Source: Octopus vulgaris
Lineage: Eukaryota
Assembly: GCA_951406725.2 (NCBI GenBank)
Contig: OX597830.1
Span: 53,444,001 to 53,508,000 of the forward strand
Length of the DNA: 64,000 nucleotides
Direction: 5' to 3'
Shown here: positions 27,130-40,704 of the stretch, piece after piece
Numbering within the stretch: the stretch's first letter is position 1
How the letters are laid out: every line of letters begins with the position of its first letter
Program-made: the position numbers and the translations under genes
The notes under the pieces: model-generated
Databases searched by the model: none
Seen by the model: only the letters and a program-made list of their open reading frames with translations
Told to the model about the DNA's origin: nothing

Positions 27130-29229
27130 TTAAAACAAACAATATACTCCACTCCTGTGATTCATGGCGGTGGTAGTGGTGGTGGTAGAGCAGCTGCAGC
27201 AATACTTGTGTTGGTTATGCTAACTCTTTGGTGGTGGTAGTTGTTTAGCCCTGATGAGCATGATAGAAAGCATTTCACTCATCACTAACCTGTCTTTTTG
27301 TCCTATGTGCAGGGAAAGCTAGGACCACATAACTGAATATGTCCTGTAAGACGCTAGGATGTAATTTTAAGGGAAATTTAGCTGCTATTTCTAGCAGATT
27401 AAATGACTGTATAGAAGCTCCATCATTTGGCTGAGTCATATTGGGTTTAATATTAATGGGTGGAAGTACTAATGATAATATTTCTTTTTAATTTCAGTAT
27501 AAGGCCAACCATTTTAAGGAGAAGGTGTTAGTTGGTAACATTGACCCCCAGCGCTCAGTTGGTACCCCCTTTATCAAATCCTGAAAGGATGAAAAGCAAA
27601 GTTGACTTCTGTGGCATTTGAACTTAGAACATAATGTTCCGGAAGAAATGTTGCTAAACATTTTGTCTAACTTGCTAACGATTCTGCCAGCTCACCCTCT
27701 TGATGATAGTGATGATGATAAATAATAATCGCGATAGCAGTAATTAATATTCCTCTAATTTTTTAGTGGTGGTGGTGGTGGTTGCAGTAACATCCTTCTA
27801 GTTTCCACCTAATTATTTAATCATTTAATGAGGCAAATGAAGATTTATTTAATTATGAAGATTGATATTTGATAATTAATTAACCACAACTGTTGATGTT
27901 GATCTTAATGATGTTGTTGCTGATATGGAGAAAGCTCGTTACATATGTTTTGGTGTTGTATTCCAGATATGCCCTACTTTAATCTATTCCAGGGTGACCC
28001 ATGTGGCACACTCTACCATGTAATGATTGTTGTTGTTCAGCCCTAGGTTAATGCAGGGTGAACAGATCTGTGATTTGTTGGTAGTTGCCCAAACAATTGG
28101 TGGCAATCCTCAGACTTACATCTCCTGATATGCTGAGTCTGCTAGAAAGAACAGCCACATCTTCCTCAAAATTTACCATCATTTTAATATTAACTTTTCA
28201 ATGCTTGCATAGGTCAGCAGAAATTTGTTACGGTAAATTTTCTAAAGCAAGATACTGTTCCTGTCCCCAACCTTCACCTGTTTCAAAGCAAGGTAATATT
28301 TTAGTCTAGTCCAGGCATGTTTTTCATGCAAGATTGCAAACACATAACTGCTTGTACAAACAGTGGCTCTTGTTTACAATTAGACAAGGTGCCTACTACA
28401 TGAACACAAATATTGGCTAACTGTCTTATAAAGAAGACTACAGCACAAAACACTTTTGCGACTTATTAAATGCAGGAAATGAAGTGGTTTTGGTCATATA
28501 GTACAACAACAGGTTACTCCTACCTCAAGGGAATGCGGTTCTGCATAGACAGGTCACTTCTCAAAGGGGTATTAGATGGCCTGAGGAGGTGGTTAAGTAA
28601 CAAAAAATAAATTAAATTAGTGGAAACCAAGTATGCTGATGACTGAGAATGTAGGGTGGAGGACATTTGTTGTGCACCAATAGCCTCTACTAGTTACATA
28701 CTTTAATGTAATATGAGAAAAATAAGACAGGGTGGCCATGGCTAGAATGTAGGTTAGATAATAAGAATTTCGTCATAAACAGCCATAACTGTACAGTGTT
28801 TGGTTGTTGTGAGCAAAGGCATTCCAGCTATGAGTATCCTGTTCTTTTACATAATAAAGACTACATTCTCTAGTGTTCTTTTTTTAAACCAGTAGGATAT
28901 AATCTACCGGAAATTTGCTGCTATTTTTAGCAATTTGTGTGCTTACATAAAGGCTTTCTTGGTTACATAGGTGTGCAGTGTGGCACTGAAAATGCCTTGT
29001 ACTTATTTTATTTTCCAGTCTAAGTGGAGTGTTACTCTTTTTCATAAAGAATGCTCTGTTACTGGCACCAGTAGGTTGTGGGTGGAATAAACCAGGTAGG
29101 TTAAACCCCCAAATGGCTTGTTGCCTGTTCTTTCAAAGGCACAGATGAAACTTTGTGGTTAAGAATTTTGCTTTCCAATGGATTTGGTGGATAAAATCTA
29201 AAAGAAGCCAATCATGTGTGTGTGCTTTA

Positions 29230-29805
29230 TATCTCCTTGTCTAGGCAAAGACCTGTTGAGGCAAGTGAAATCAAAATCGCATATGACTGGCATCCATACT
29301 AACAGGGTGCAAAGAGCACCATACGAGCATGATCATTGACAGAGCGGCTAACCAGCTTCTGTGCCAGTGGCACATAAAAGGCACCATTTGAGTGTGATTG
29401 TTACCAGCGTCGCCTTACTGGCACTTGTGCCCGTGCTAGTAGGGTGCCAAGAGCACCATCCGAACGCGATCATTGCCAGAGTAACCAACTGGCACGTAAA
29501 AGGGCACCATTTGAGCGTGATTGTTACCAGCATTGCCTTACTGGCACCTGTGCTGGTGGCATGTGTAAAAGATTCAAGCGAGGTCGTTGCCAGTACCACC
29601 TGACTGGCCCCCATGCTGGTGACACGTAAAAAGCACCCACTACACTCTCAGAGTGGTTGGCATTAGGAAGGGCATCCAGCTGTAGAAACTCTGCCAAATC
29701 AAGATTGGAGCCTGGTGCAGCCATCTGGTTCGCCAGCCCTCAGTCAAAATCGTCCAACCCATGCTAGCATGGAAAGTGGATGCTAAACGATGATGATGAT
29801 GATGA
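29230..29805 (+). mobile_element. Family C short retroelement with internal duplications
   Basis: Repeated ggcac.taaaag.gcaccatttgag.gtgattgttaccagc units; (GAT)n tail. Confidence 0.75.
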
Positions 29806-31059
29806 TTATTACTGTCAGGCAGTGTTATTTGTTTCCAATATTCTGTACAGACATGTCTGGCAATGGGGAAATATTACTTTGCTTGGAAACTGTTAAGGGT
29901 TAGCAACAGTAATGGCATCTGACCATGCAAAAATCTGCCTTAATAAACTCCATCAAATCCATGCAAGCATGGGAAAGTGGATATCATATGACGATGTTGA
30001 TGTACTAATATATTATTATGTTCAGGGAATTAAAAGTATTTACTGCTCCAAACACACAACAGACATTCATTCCTATTGTGGATTTGAACTCAGAACTGTT
30101 CAGATCACAATGTAGTTCGCTACATTTGCTTGGAATTTCACTTCTACATTGCAGAATGGACACCATCCATCACTTGGTTTTGGCCTAATAATGGTCAGTG
30201 TTGCAATTGTTTTTTTTCTTTTTTTTCTTTTTCTTGTTTACACATGCTGTTGAAACAATGCAGTGCCAATGATGGGATCGGAACTATACATCCCGTGGCT
30301 TCCATGTCAGCATTTTATCAACTCTGCTAGCAGTGAGACTCTGTGTGAAATAACCAAAATATTACACTTGCCAGCTGGGTTTTTTCTCATTGAAGTTTTG
30401 AATCTAATGCGTTTTCTCTCTCTCATTTTGACACTGTATATTTTTTCTTCCCCCCCCCCCCACGTTTGCTCAATCAAAGCTGACCTGTTGTATTCCAACC
30501 ATGTCAATCCTGCTTTATTTTTTTCAGACATAATTTATCTAGTACATAATCCAATGTATCCTTCTGTTTTTGTTTTTTTAAGATGTTAGGATGTGAATTT
30601 AGTGATATTTGGTTACCATTTTTATCAAGAGGAGTTACTGTATAGAGGCTCCCTTGCAAGTTACTGAAGTGTTGTTTAGTCTTTGGTTAGTTCTCATTGA
30701 GCAAATATAACAGGCATCCCAGCCATGGCTATTGGCCTTTCTAAGGTATGCAGGTCTGTACTATCTGTTGTCTCTTTTCCATATTTTATATGGCACTGTG
30801 TAATTTGAGGGATATTCAATGCTATTTGTTTTAAATCAAACAACTTTGTGTTTCCCTTGTAAACTTGTCGAGTACGGCTGAGCCAGCTGGTGTGATTTGA
30901 TCTTTGGACCAACATAAACGATGTTAAATACTACATCAATATTGTTATATTAAATATGTTACTAAATGATCCACACATGTCCATGAAGTCCATGCTATGT
31001 CTATCTTGTCTTACAGTTAAATAATTTCACAAGTTCCTTCCTGTTGATTAATTAGTCCA

Positions 31060-31315
31060 GAATGTAGCGGCAGATGAAATACCTATTTCTTTACTACCCA
31101 CAAGGGGCTAAACACAGAGAGGACAAACAAGGACAGACAAACGGATTAAGTCGGTTATATCGACCCCAGTGCGTAACTGGTACTTATTTAATCGACCCTG
31201 AAAGGATGAAAGGCAAAGTTGACCTCGGCAGAATTTGAACTCAGAACATAGCGGCAGACGAAATACTGCTAAGCATTTCGCCCAGCCTGCTAACATTTCT
31301 GCCTGCTCGCCGCCT
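31060..31315 (-). mobile_element. SINE family A copy with a partial tandem unit
   Basis: Consensus match at 31084-31315, plus a repeat of its own internal segment at 31060-31082. Confidence 0.8.
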
Positions 31316-31354
31316 TTAATATAATAAGTACCAGGCTCAAAAAAATATATGTAC

Positions 31355-32575
31355 AGGGGTCAATTTCTTCCAACCTGTTTCTTAAGCTAGACATCCTTGT
31401 CATCATTCTCCTTCCTCTGCTTCTTTTTCCTTCAATCCTTCCACTCATCACTAGATTTTCCAGGCTCATCACTAAATTCACTCATTGCTAAATTCACCAA
31501 GAAATCTCAGTTGCTTGGCCCTTACCTCATGAAACAGTTTCCTATTTACTGCAGTCTGGGTCATCACGTGTTCATTAGACTCTTTATGCTATCTTCAATA
31601 TTCTCCTTAAGAAACATATTTCACAGCTCTTGCAGCACCTTATTTCTGATGGTATAAACCAGGCCTAGCCAACTCGAATTACATTGCAGGCCACTTTAAC
31701 TGCAGAAAGTTTTTTTGAGGGCTGCTTGTATACTTTATGCACTAATAGTCAAATAATCAAATTACAAAATCCAGAATTTTTCATACTTTTCATTTGTTAA
31801 TTATAAAATGGTGGGCTATTGCTTTATTGCCACTTATAAAATTTTTAATTTAATTTGAAGCAAATGTTTTACACACACAATTTTATTTTGAAATTAAACA
31901 CTATACTTCAACAAAGTATCAAGCAGTCTGTGGGTTGCATGCGGCCATAGACCATGTCTCACTTCCAGACATTAACACAGGGTAGACATAGCAGTTCAAT
32001 ATATGGGTCTTGGTCTTGATACTCAGAGTACAGTTTCTCAAAACGTTATACAATTTGGGGAATGCAGATTTTGTCTGTGTTGTTTTGTCTTTTGATCTTC
32101 ACACATTTGCATCTTCTGTGATCAAAATTCTAAAGTAGTTGAAAGATGATACCGGCTTAATGATCTCCAGTTCTCTTATGATCAATTTGCTACAGTAATT
32201 GAAGAGATCTGGTGACATAACACATCCTTGTCTAACCCCTCTCCTAATGCTAGTGTATTCATTGCATATTCCGTTCACCTTTATGCATGCTGATTGGTTC
32301 CTGTACAGGCTTTGCAAAATCCAGAGGTCTTTCCCATACAGATCAAGGTTATTGAGTTCTTCAAATAACCTGTCATATTACTTTGTTGAATGCCTTTATG
32401 TAATCTATGAAACACGTGAAGGTGTTTTTTGCATCTCCACTGTCCTTTCTGTTATCATTCTCAATATGAAAATAGAATTCCTAATACCAGTACCCTTCAC
32501 AAAACCAAACTGTTCAATTTCAATCTCACCTGTTATTCCGCTTCTTGCCTGCAGAAGTAAAATTCTCAGAGTAAC
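31355..32575 (-). mobile_element. RTE-clade LINE remnants, interrupted
   Basis: GVRQGCVMSPDLFN (RT) and GRIEGKRSRGR (C-terminal). Confidence 0.75.
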
Positions 32576-33232
32576 TGATGGGATTAATCTAAAGGACTAT
32601 TGGAAATATTATCTTGGAAACGGGTGATAGTTGGTGACAGGAAGAGCTTCTGGCCATAGAAAATCTGCCCCAACAAATTTTGTCTGGCCACTATGTGGAT
32701 GTTAATATGATGGTGGCAGCAATGATAATAATGACTGTGTGTTTGTGTGTGTGTGTGTGTGTCTGTACATCTGGGTGGTGCAATAGGAGAAAACAAATCC
32801 TATATATGCCTTGATTATTTATTCTTTCAAAGTTGATGGTTTGCTCCATCACTACTTTGAATTTCTCATATATTTTGGCTGATCCAGTTGACTTTTATTC
32901 TGGAGTTTCCTCACCAAATTCCATTTATTCTGCCTGATGAAATGACCAGGCATCTGGGGAAATTGCCATGTAACAGTCCAGAATCAGCTGATATACATGT
33001 TTCACTTTAGTATTGATGAGTATGTATGTATATCTCAAACAAGGTGGGGCGTGTGCACGCACACACACACACACGCACTGGTTGACTAACTACTTACCTC
33101 CTCTGTGGACGTGAAAGGAGATCTATCTCCTCAGAAATTCGGAAACAATAAATACTACTCCAGTTATATGTGTTGAGTGCTACTTCCGTTCATTTGTTCA
33201 CTCACTTATGTGCATATACACTTATGTGCATA

Positions 33233-33400
33233 TACATACGTACATACATACATACATACATACATACATACATACATACATACATACATACATACATACA
33301 TACATACATGCATACATGCATGCATGCATACATACATGTACATACGTACATACATACGTACATACATACATACATACATACATATGTACATATATACATA
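33233..33400. repeat. (TACA)n microsatellite
   Basis: Directly visible. Confidence 0.95.
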
Positions 33401-33483
33401 TTTTATATGCCTTTGTGGTGTGAGTGTGTGTGAATGACAAGCAGTGTTTAGGAATAAACAAACTTTAGGTTAGTTAAAATACG

Positions 33484-33841
33484 CTTATGGTAAAAAGTGT
33501 AAAAACACCATATCTGCCCCGTGCTTCCCCCTATCAGATTCTCAGACAGCCATTTCTGGCTTTCTTCTTCTTTAGTGGGAAATACCTAGAGAGATAACCT
33601 TGATCAGATCAAAGCCATTGCTGTTATATTTCTCCCAACCAGACGGTTGAATAGTACAACTCAGTCACTACTGTTGACTTTTTTTTGTTTTTTTTTGGTT
33701 AAAACTATGGCTTTAATCTGCTCAGAGTTATCTCTCTTCTGTATTTCCCATTGAGGAAAGCTAAAGAGCCAGAAACAGCTGTCTGGGAATCTGATAGGGA
33801 GAAGCCAGGGGCAGATATGTTTTGACTCCTTTTACCATAAG
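33484..33841. mobile_element. Foldback/MITE-like element with about 135-bp diverged inverted arms
   Basis: CTTATGGTAAAA...AAAGCCAT (33484-33618) is the imperfect reverse complement of ATGGCTTT...TTTTACCATAAG (33707-33841). Confidence 0.75.
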
Positions 33842-34194
33842 AGAGGGTTTTTTTGGCATGGGTTGGCTAGCTTGCCACACTCCATGTCTGTTCTTATTCT
33901 GGGTTACATAATTTCTGAACATGTTTAGGACTATATCTCAGTACTGAACATTTCAATTTTGGTTTGGTTTCTATAGCTGGATGTACTTTTTATTACCAAC
34001 TATTTTGTATGTGTGTGTGTGGATATATGCATGCATCAATGCATGTATATCCAACAAGAATTTAGAAATTCCATGTTCTATTGTTACAAATAATTTGTTT
34101 CATGTCCCTTCAAGTAAATATAATGATATATATATATGATATAATGATATCTCTCCATTTATGTATATACATCTCTCTCTCTCATATATATACA

Positions 34195-35484
34195 CAGGGT
34201 GATTACAAAGTCTTTCCCTGATTATAAACCTTTATTGAACAAAAATTTTTCAAGATACAAAAACAGTTTTTGGTACATTTACGACATCTACCTAGAAGTT
34301 TTTATTCACATAAAATGAAATTCACTGAACTTCAACACCCCCTTTCTGGTTCAGAGCACATCTAATTGACATTCAATTTCATGCCATGTGTTCTGAGGTA
34401 TATCAGTTGTTACTGATGAGATTGCTTCAGCAATCCTGGCCTTTAGAGACTGAAGATTGTGAACTGGTGCCCTGTACACTTTGTTCTTCAGATACCCACC
34501 AAAACAAGAAGTCTAGTGGGGTAATGTCTGGTGAACATGGAGGCCATGGTGTTGGCCTCCATGTTCACCCAATCCACCTATTTGGAAAAGTTTTATTCAA
34601 AAATTGGTAGATGGAAAATTATGGATAGCTGAAATTCCTCTAGCTGGGGTACAGCATAAGGTTCCAGCATATCTAGGTAAACATTTGCTGAAATGGTAGA
34701 CTCAGCAAAAAAGAAAGGTCACATGATCCTGTCATGTATTAGGCAGCACCAAACATTAATCTTACAGCTGTCTATTTTGTGTTCTACAACAATGTGTGGG
34801 TTCTCTGATCCCCATATCCTTACATTGTGTTTAACTTTCCCTGATACGTAAAAAGTTGTCTTGTCAGAAAACGCAACATGTTGAAGATAGTCATTGTTCA
34901 TATTGATTCTGTTAAGAATTTCTTCAGCAAAAGCAGCAAATTTAGAAAGATCGTTTGGTTGCAAAGATTGGATGATTTGCACTTTGTAAGCATACAGTTT
35001 CAGGCAAAATCTTGAAAATGATTGGCTATGGCACTCCTAGTTCTCTTGAAGCTCTGTGAGTTGGTTTCCTAGAAAGTAGTGTGCACAGCATCAACAATCT
35101 CTTCACTTGATCATGGCCTGTCACTTCTTTTAAGGTCACCAACACTACCAGTGTCTTTGAATTTGTTATACCAGTTCTTGATGCTTTTAACACCTGGAGG
35201 GATTTTGGCTGTATTCTTTTCTAAAATTTCATTGAACAGTAATTGCCAACTTAGTTTCATGAAGCCACAAAACACACAGTGCTTTTTTCTTTCATAGATG
35301 CCATTTTCATATGTTCACTTTATTTGAAAAAAAGAAAATGCAATTAAAAAAATAATGAAGCAGCGCATGTCAATAATTCTAGATTTCAATTTTATAAACT
35401 TCAATGACAAAAAAAAAGTTTAATTTGAAATAGCAACAATAATATGATATTTCAGAATCTGGGAATGACTTTATAATCACCCTG
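34195..35484 (-). mobile_element. Decayed full-length Tc1/mariner transposon (DUF4817/DD41D-like), about 1.29 kb
   Basis: 29-bp TIRs CAGGGTGATTACAAAGTCTTTCCCTGATT and CAGGGTGATTATAAAGTCATTCCCAGATT (3 mismatches); TA at the right flank. Transposase remnants FSDKTTFYVSGKVKHNVRIWGSENPH and WPPCSPDITPLDF. Confidence 0.9.
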
Positions 35485-35839
35485 TATGTATGTGTGCGTA
35501 CATTGGATATATGTGTGTTGGTTATGAATGTATTGAGTGTTCTATAGACACAGATTTGTGTACATATGCATTTGTGTGTAGAATTTCACTAATTATATAT
35601 ATATATATATATATATAATTAGTGAAATTCTACACACAAATGCATATGTACACAAATCTGTGTCTATAGAACACTCAATACATTCATAACCAACACACAT
35701 ATATCCAATGTACGCACACATACATACAGGGTGATTATAAAGTCATTCCCAGATTCTGAAATATCATATTATTGTTGCTATTTCAAATTAAACTTTTTTT
35801 TTGTCGTTGAAGTTTATAAAATTGAAATCTAGAATTATT
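35372..35839. repeat. 468-bp palindrome centred on a (TA)n tract
   Basis: Arms are reverse complements base for base except T35405/G35806; centre at 35605/35606. Confidence 0.95.
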
Positions 35840-36118
35840 TGAGGGAATATTATCCCTAACTTACAGGGAAAAATTCAGTTTAAATACTAAATCAAATTTC
35901 ACAAAATATAATATATATATAAAAATTTAGAAAAAACCACCTTTTAACAATTCAAAATGAACAATTAAATTACACCGTCTAGAAAATTACATATAATAGA
36001 AATATTAAATGCAAAATAATAATAAAAACGTATATATTTGGTAGAATATATATATATATGCACACACACACACACACACATACATTTGTATCTAATTTTG
36101 ATATTTTTATCATTGCAG

Positions 36119-36418
36119 CTGTATGTGCCACGCGGCAGTTGATGTGTGAACACTGTAATACAAATGTATGTAATGGCACTATAGAGTGTCTCGCTGAGCC
36201 TGACAAACACACTCACTGCTATGCTACGTGGCGCAATGGTTCCGATGGAGTGGAGATTCTAATGAAAGGTTGCTGGCTTGACCATGAGAATTGTTACAAC
36301 AAGATGGATTGTGTCGCTTCTGATTCGACAGCAAACGTCTACTATTGCTGCTGTGAGAGTGAAATGTGCAATCAAAATATCTCTTTTAAAGCTCTTCCAC
36401 CACCCCCTACAGTTGCAG
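36119..36418 (+). CDS. ACVR2A: ActRII exon: extracellular ligand-binding domain (300 nt)
   Basis: Acceptor cattgcAG|CT, donor G|GTTAGT. Encodes [12 protein letters not shown]...HCYATW...KGCWLD...[11 protein letters not shown]...PPTVA. Confidence 0.95.
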
Positions 36419-38057
36419 GTTAGTCACTTTGGTCTCTTATTTACTGTTTGAGTGGTGACTGTATTTGAATTTTGTCTCTGCCAAGTGGTGGGGGGGTCAT
36501 CTTTCATGCTGGAGAAACCAGTTCAGAATTATGTCGCAGTTCAGAATTTCCTAATCATCTGGGCCCCACCTTGTTAATAGATCTACATTCTTATTCTGAA
36601 TAGAGGTCTCATGTGATGACTGGTATCTGGTATGACTGGTATGACTGGTGTATAACAGTCAGCCCACTGTATATTAAATAATAATAATAAACATTGTGTA
36701 CAATGCTCAGGTGCACTACAACTCATCTAAAGTGCATATATAATCAGGTGTAGTTTCGACGGATTTCGGAAAGCATGAGGGCCTTATTTTATGGATCTTA
36801 TGTTGATTTCATAGTGAATTCCTGTACAATCAACAGAACCACATAATCATTGTATTGGGGTATAACTGGCTGAGTATTCCACTGACTTGGGTATCTAATG
36901 TAATCCTCTGGTAGAATCTACATAACATACTGTGTAACAAAACTGACCCCTTTAAATTACAGTTGCAATTCAGGCTTTTTGCGCAGCCTCCATCTTTTCA
37001 GTTTCACTTACACAATGTGCGTTGTCTGAGATTGGTGGAATTGAACTCAGAACCTTATGATTGAGAAAGAAAAATGTTTTTGTCATTTGGACTTGCTCAC
37101 GCCGATCTTAATACATCCACCACTTGGTGGTCAGTTCCCTCTGCCTTTAGGGATTTCCCACCAGATTTGGAGAATGTGTGCACATGTGTTTGTTTACATT
37201 TGTGCTTCTGAATATCACAAGCTGCAAGCAGTGACATTCATTTCTCTTGCAACAAATCATCTGATGGCTTTGCACATAAAATCCCTTTCTTATAAACAGG
37301 TAAGGATTGAATACAAAAAGGACATCTGGCTATAAAACAAATGTAAAAAGAAACTAGCACTTAATTCTTGCTAGTTTAAGTGCATTGAACTGTAAGTTAG
37401 TGCCACATGGTCATATGGTTTGCAGAGGTAAATAGTGGGAGTACTGTATAATTAACAGTTGTTTTGTGAATTTGGAATGCTATGTTCAACTTTTATGAGG
37501 GTAAGATATATATGTAGTCAGTTGATCTGTTAGAAATAAGTCAAATCTCTCATATTCATCCTACCACCTTTGCAAAAGTGTCAAAGACATACTGTATAGT
37601 AAAAGCCTGAGACAAACTGTGTTTGAAACTGTAGGATGGTTATAACACGAATGTCTTAAATCCTAAATGTACTAATTCAGGGCTAAACTCAGATTGGGAT
37701 GAGTTCCACTATACCTAAGTTGTTCCTGATATGCACAATATGAAAGTGGGTTTGAATTGTCCATATGGATGGGCATTGTAGTGGACTGGTAGCTCATAGG
37801 TTTCCAGTTCAAATTCACTGCAGCTCCCCCCCCCCCTCATTCAGCCACACAGTCACTGTATTGTAATTTGATACATCTTAATTCATCTTTCTGTCAGGAG
37901 TAGGCACCAGTTTATTTGGCAAATGCTAAGGTGGACTCGCTCCATAGACAGAAAATGTTTTTCTCTCATAAGTTTATGATTATAGGAACTGAAGTAATTA
38001 TTTGCTCCATAATAAGTCTTTTTACTTTTGTATTTTTAGAGATTAAACTTAAGTGAA

Positions 38058-38095
<38 letters not shown>

Positions 38096-39553
38096 TTCTT
38101 TAATTTATTTATTTATTTTTTTATCATATACACACAACAGATTTGACTGTTGGAGAAGAAAACATCCTAACATGGGCTACAACAAGCAGCCTTACAGTTT
38201 TCACACTCTAAAATTCTTGCAATTCCAAATTTTATGGGATTGTATTTAAAAAATTTTTCATCTTCTGTTGTTTAATAATAATAGTCCTGTCTTCTATAGA
38301 CACAAGGCCTGAAATTTGGGGGGGAAGGGATAGTCAATTACACCAACTCCAATACTCAACTGGTACTAATTTTATTGACTCCAAAAGGATGAATGGTAAA
38401 GTCAACCTTGGCAGAATTTGAACTCAGAACGTGAACACAGACAAAATACTGCTAAGCATTTCACCTGGTGTGCTAACAATTCTGCCAGCTTGCTACCTTT
38501 ATAATAATAATAATAATAATAACAATAATAATAATAATAATGATAATAATAACAACAATAATAATAATAATAATTATAATATCAAGGTTATTATTATATC
38601 AATATAAATGTGTTCCTTCTTTTTTTCTTTTTCTTTTATGCTTAATTTCAGCAGTTACTAAAGACCCTGTTGTTATCAACAAGGACCCTAACAAAACACT
38701 GGTCACAATCATATGTGCCCTCGTACCAATTGCAGCTGCGTCCATCTTCATTATTGTTATGTTTTACATATGGCAGCACTATGACTATTTCCAGAGATTC
38801 CATCGGCCGGTTTATCGAGAACAGATACCTACCATTGACCCAAATGTCATTTCTCCCAATCAATACCTTCCAGTCCAGCTGCTGGAACTAATAGCTCGGG
38901 GACGGTTCGGGGCAGTGTGGAAGGCCAGTCTGGTCGATGAATACGTCGCTGTGAAAGTGTTCCCACTGCAAGACAGGGAATCGTGGCTCAACGAACAGGA
39001 GATTTACAGTTTGCCACATATAAGGCATGAGAACATTTTGCGATTCATCGCTGCCAAGCAAGACACAGCTAAGGGTGACTTGTGGTTGATCACTGAATAT
39101 CATGAGAAAGGGTCACTCTGCGACTTCCTCAAAGGGAACTGCATTTCCTGGAGTGAATTGTGCAAGATTGGAGAAAGTATGGCACGTGGACTAGCTTTTC
39201 TCCACGAGGACATCCCGTTAGTCCGTGGGCAAGACTTTAAACCTGCAGTTGCTCATCGAGACTTTAAGAGTAAAAACGTACTTCTAAAATCAGATTTAAC
39301 AGCTCTAATAGCTGACTTCGGTTTGGCATTAAAGTTTGATCCTTCAAGAGCTCCTGGAACCACTCATGGTCAGGTAAGAATGTTAATTTTTGAATATTTA
39401 CCTGTACATAAACTCACAAGTCATGCACATATGCCTACAGTTGTACTTGCATACTCACAATCATGTACATTCATCCACTGTCATGCATATATACCCACAT
39501 TTATGTATACATACCCACAGTTGTACCAACGCATTTGCTCAAACACATGCCCA

Positions 39554-39587
<34 letters not shown>

Positions 39588-40255
39588 TGAACACATACAT
39601 GCTTATTTGATATTTCATTGGAAAAAGTATTGTATTCAAATTTTGTATTAATAAAATTGGGGTATTTTCTTTCAAACAGAAATTTAAGTGATTGATGGGG
39701 TATAAGGCTCATTTGAATCATGAAAATAAATACCAGTAACATATGCTGGTCATTCGTATTAATTATTTTCTTCCTCTTATAATTTTGATGAGAGAAACTA
39801 TTAGTTAAATCAGGATTCTTAACCTGGTATTAGCTTGAGGAAGATGTTGACTTGAAACAAAATACATGGCTGTGTAGTTAAAAGTGCTGTATTACTGACC
39901 ATGAGGTCCTACTTTCAAATCTTACTGACTACAGTAATTGTAGTTGTGTCCCTTCAACAATATATTCTTGCTTGTCCCATTACCATTATCATGCTGGCAT
40001 GAGTCAGATGAAATTTGTTGAAGTAAATTTTCTCTGACAAGATGCCCTTCCTGTTGCCATTCTTCACCTATTTCCAAGTAAGGTAATATTTTCCCATAGT
40101 GTGACATATTTTTCACAGAAGACTGCAGAATACCTAGATACATGCAAAAGGGTTTTTTCAGTTTCTGTCTACCAAATCCACTCAACAAGACTTTGGTCAA
40201 TTTTGAGCAATAATAGTGATAGAAAAATAGGAAATAGTAGTAATTTTTCATGCAG

Positions 40256-40346
<91 letters not shown>

Positions 40347-40671
40347 TGTGTATGTATGTATGTATATATGTATGTATATATGTATGTATGTATGTATATA
40401 TGTATGTATGTATGTATATATGTATGTATGTATGTATATATGTATGTATGTATGATATATATATGTATGTATGTATATATGTATGTATGTATATATATAT
40501 GTATGTATGTATATATATATGTATGTATGTATATATATGTATGTATGTATATATATATGTATGTATGTATATATATATATGTATGTATATATATATGTAT
40601 GTATGTATATATATATGTATGTATGTATATATATATATATATGTATGTATGTATATATATATATATGTATG

Positions 40672-40704
<33 letters not shown>

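Noticed and set aside
31660-31955. hAT-like MITE (CAGGCCTAGCCAAC... start)
   Set aside because: The second TIR and an 8-bp TSD could not be identified.
39374-39610. Continuation of the 356-aa ORF past THGQ
   Set aside because: Intron read-through: a consensus donor at 39374, and kinase homology resumes at 43102.
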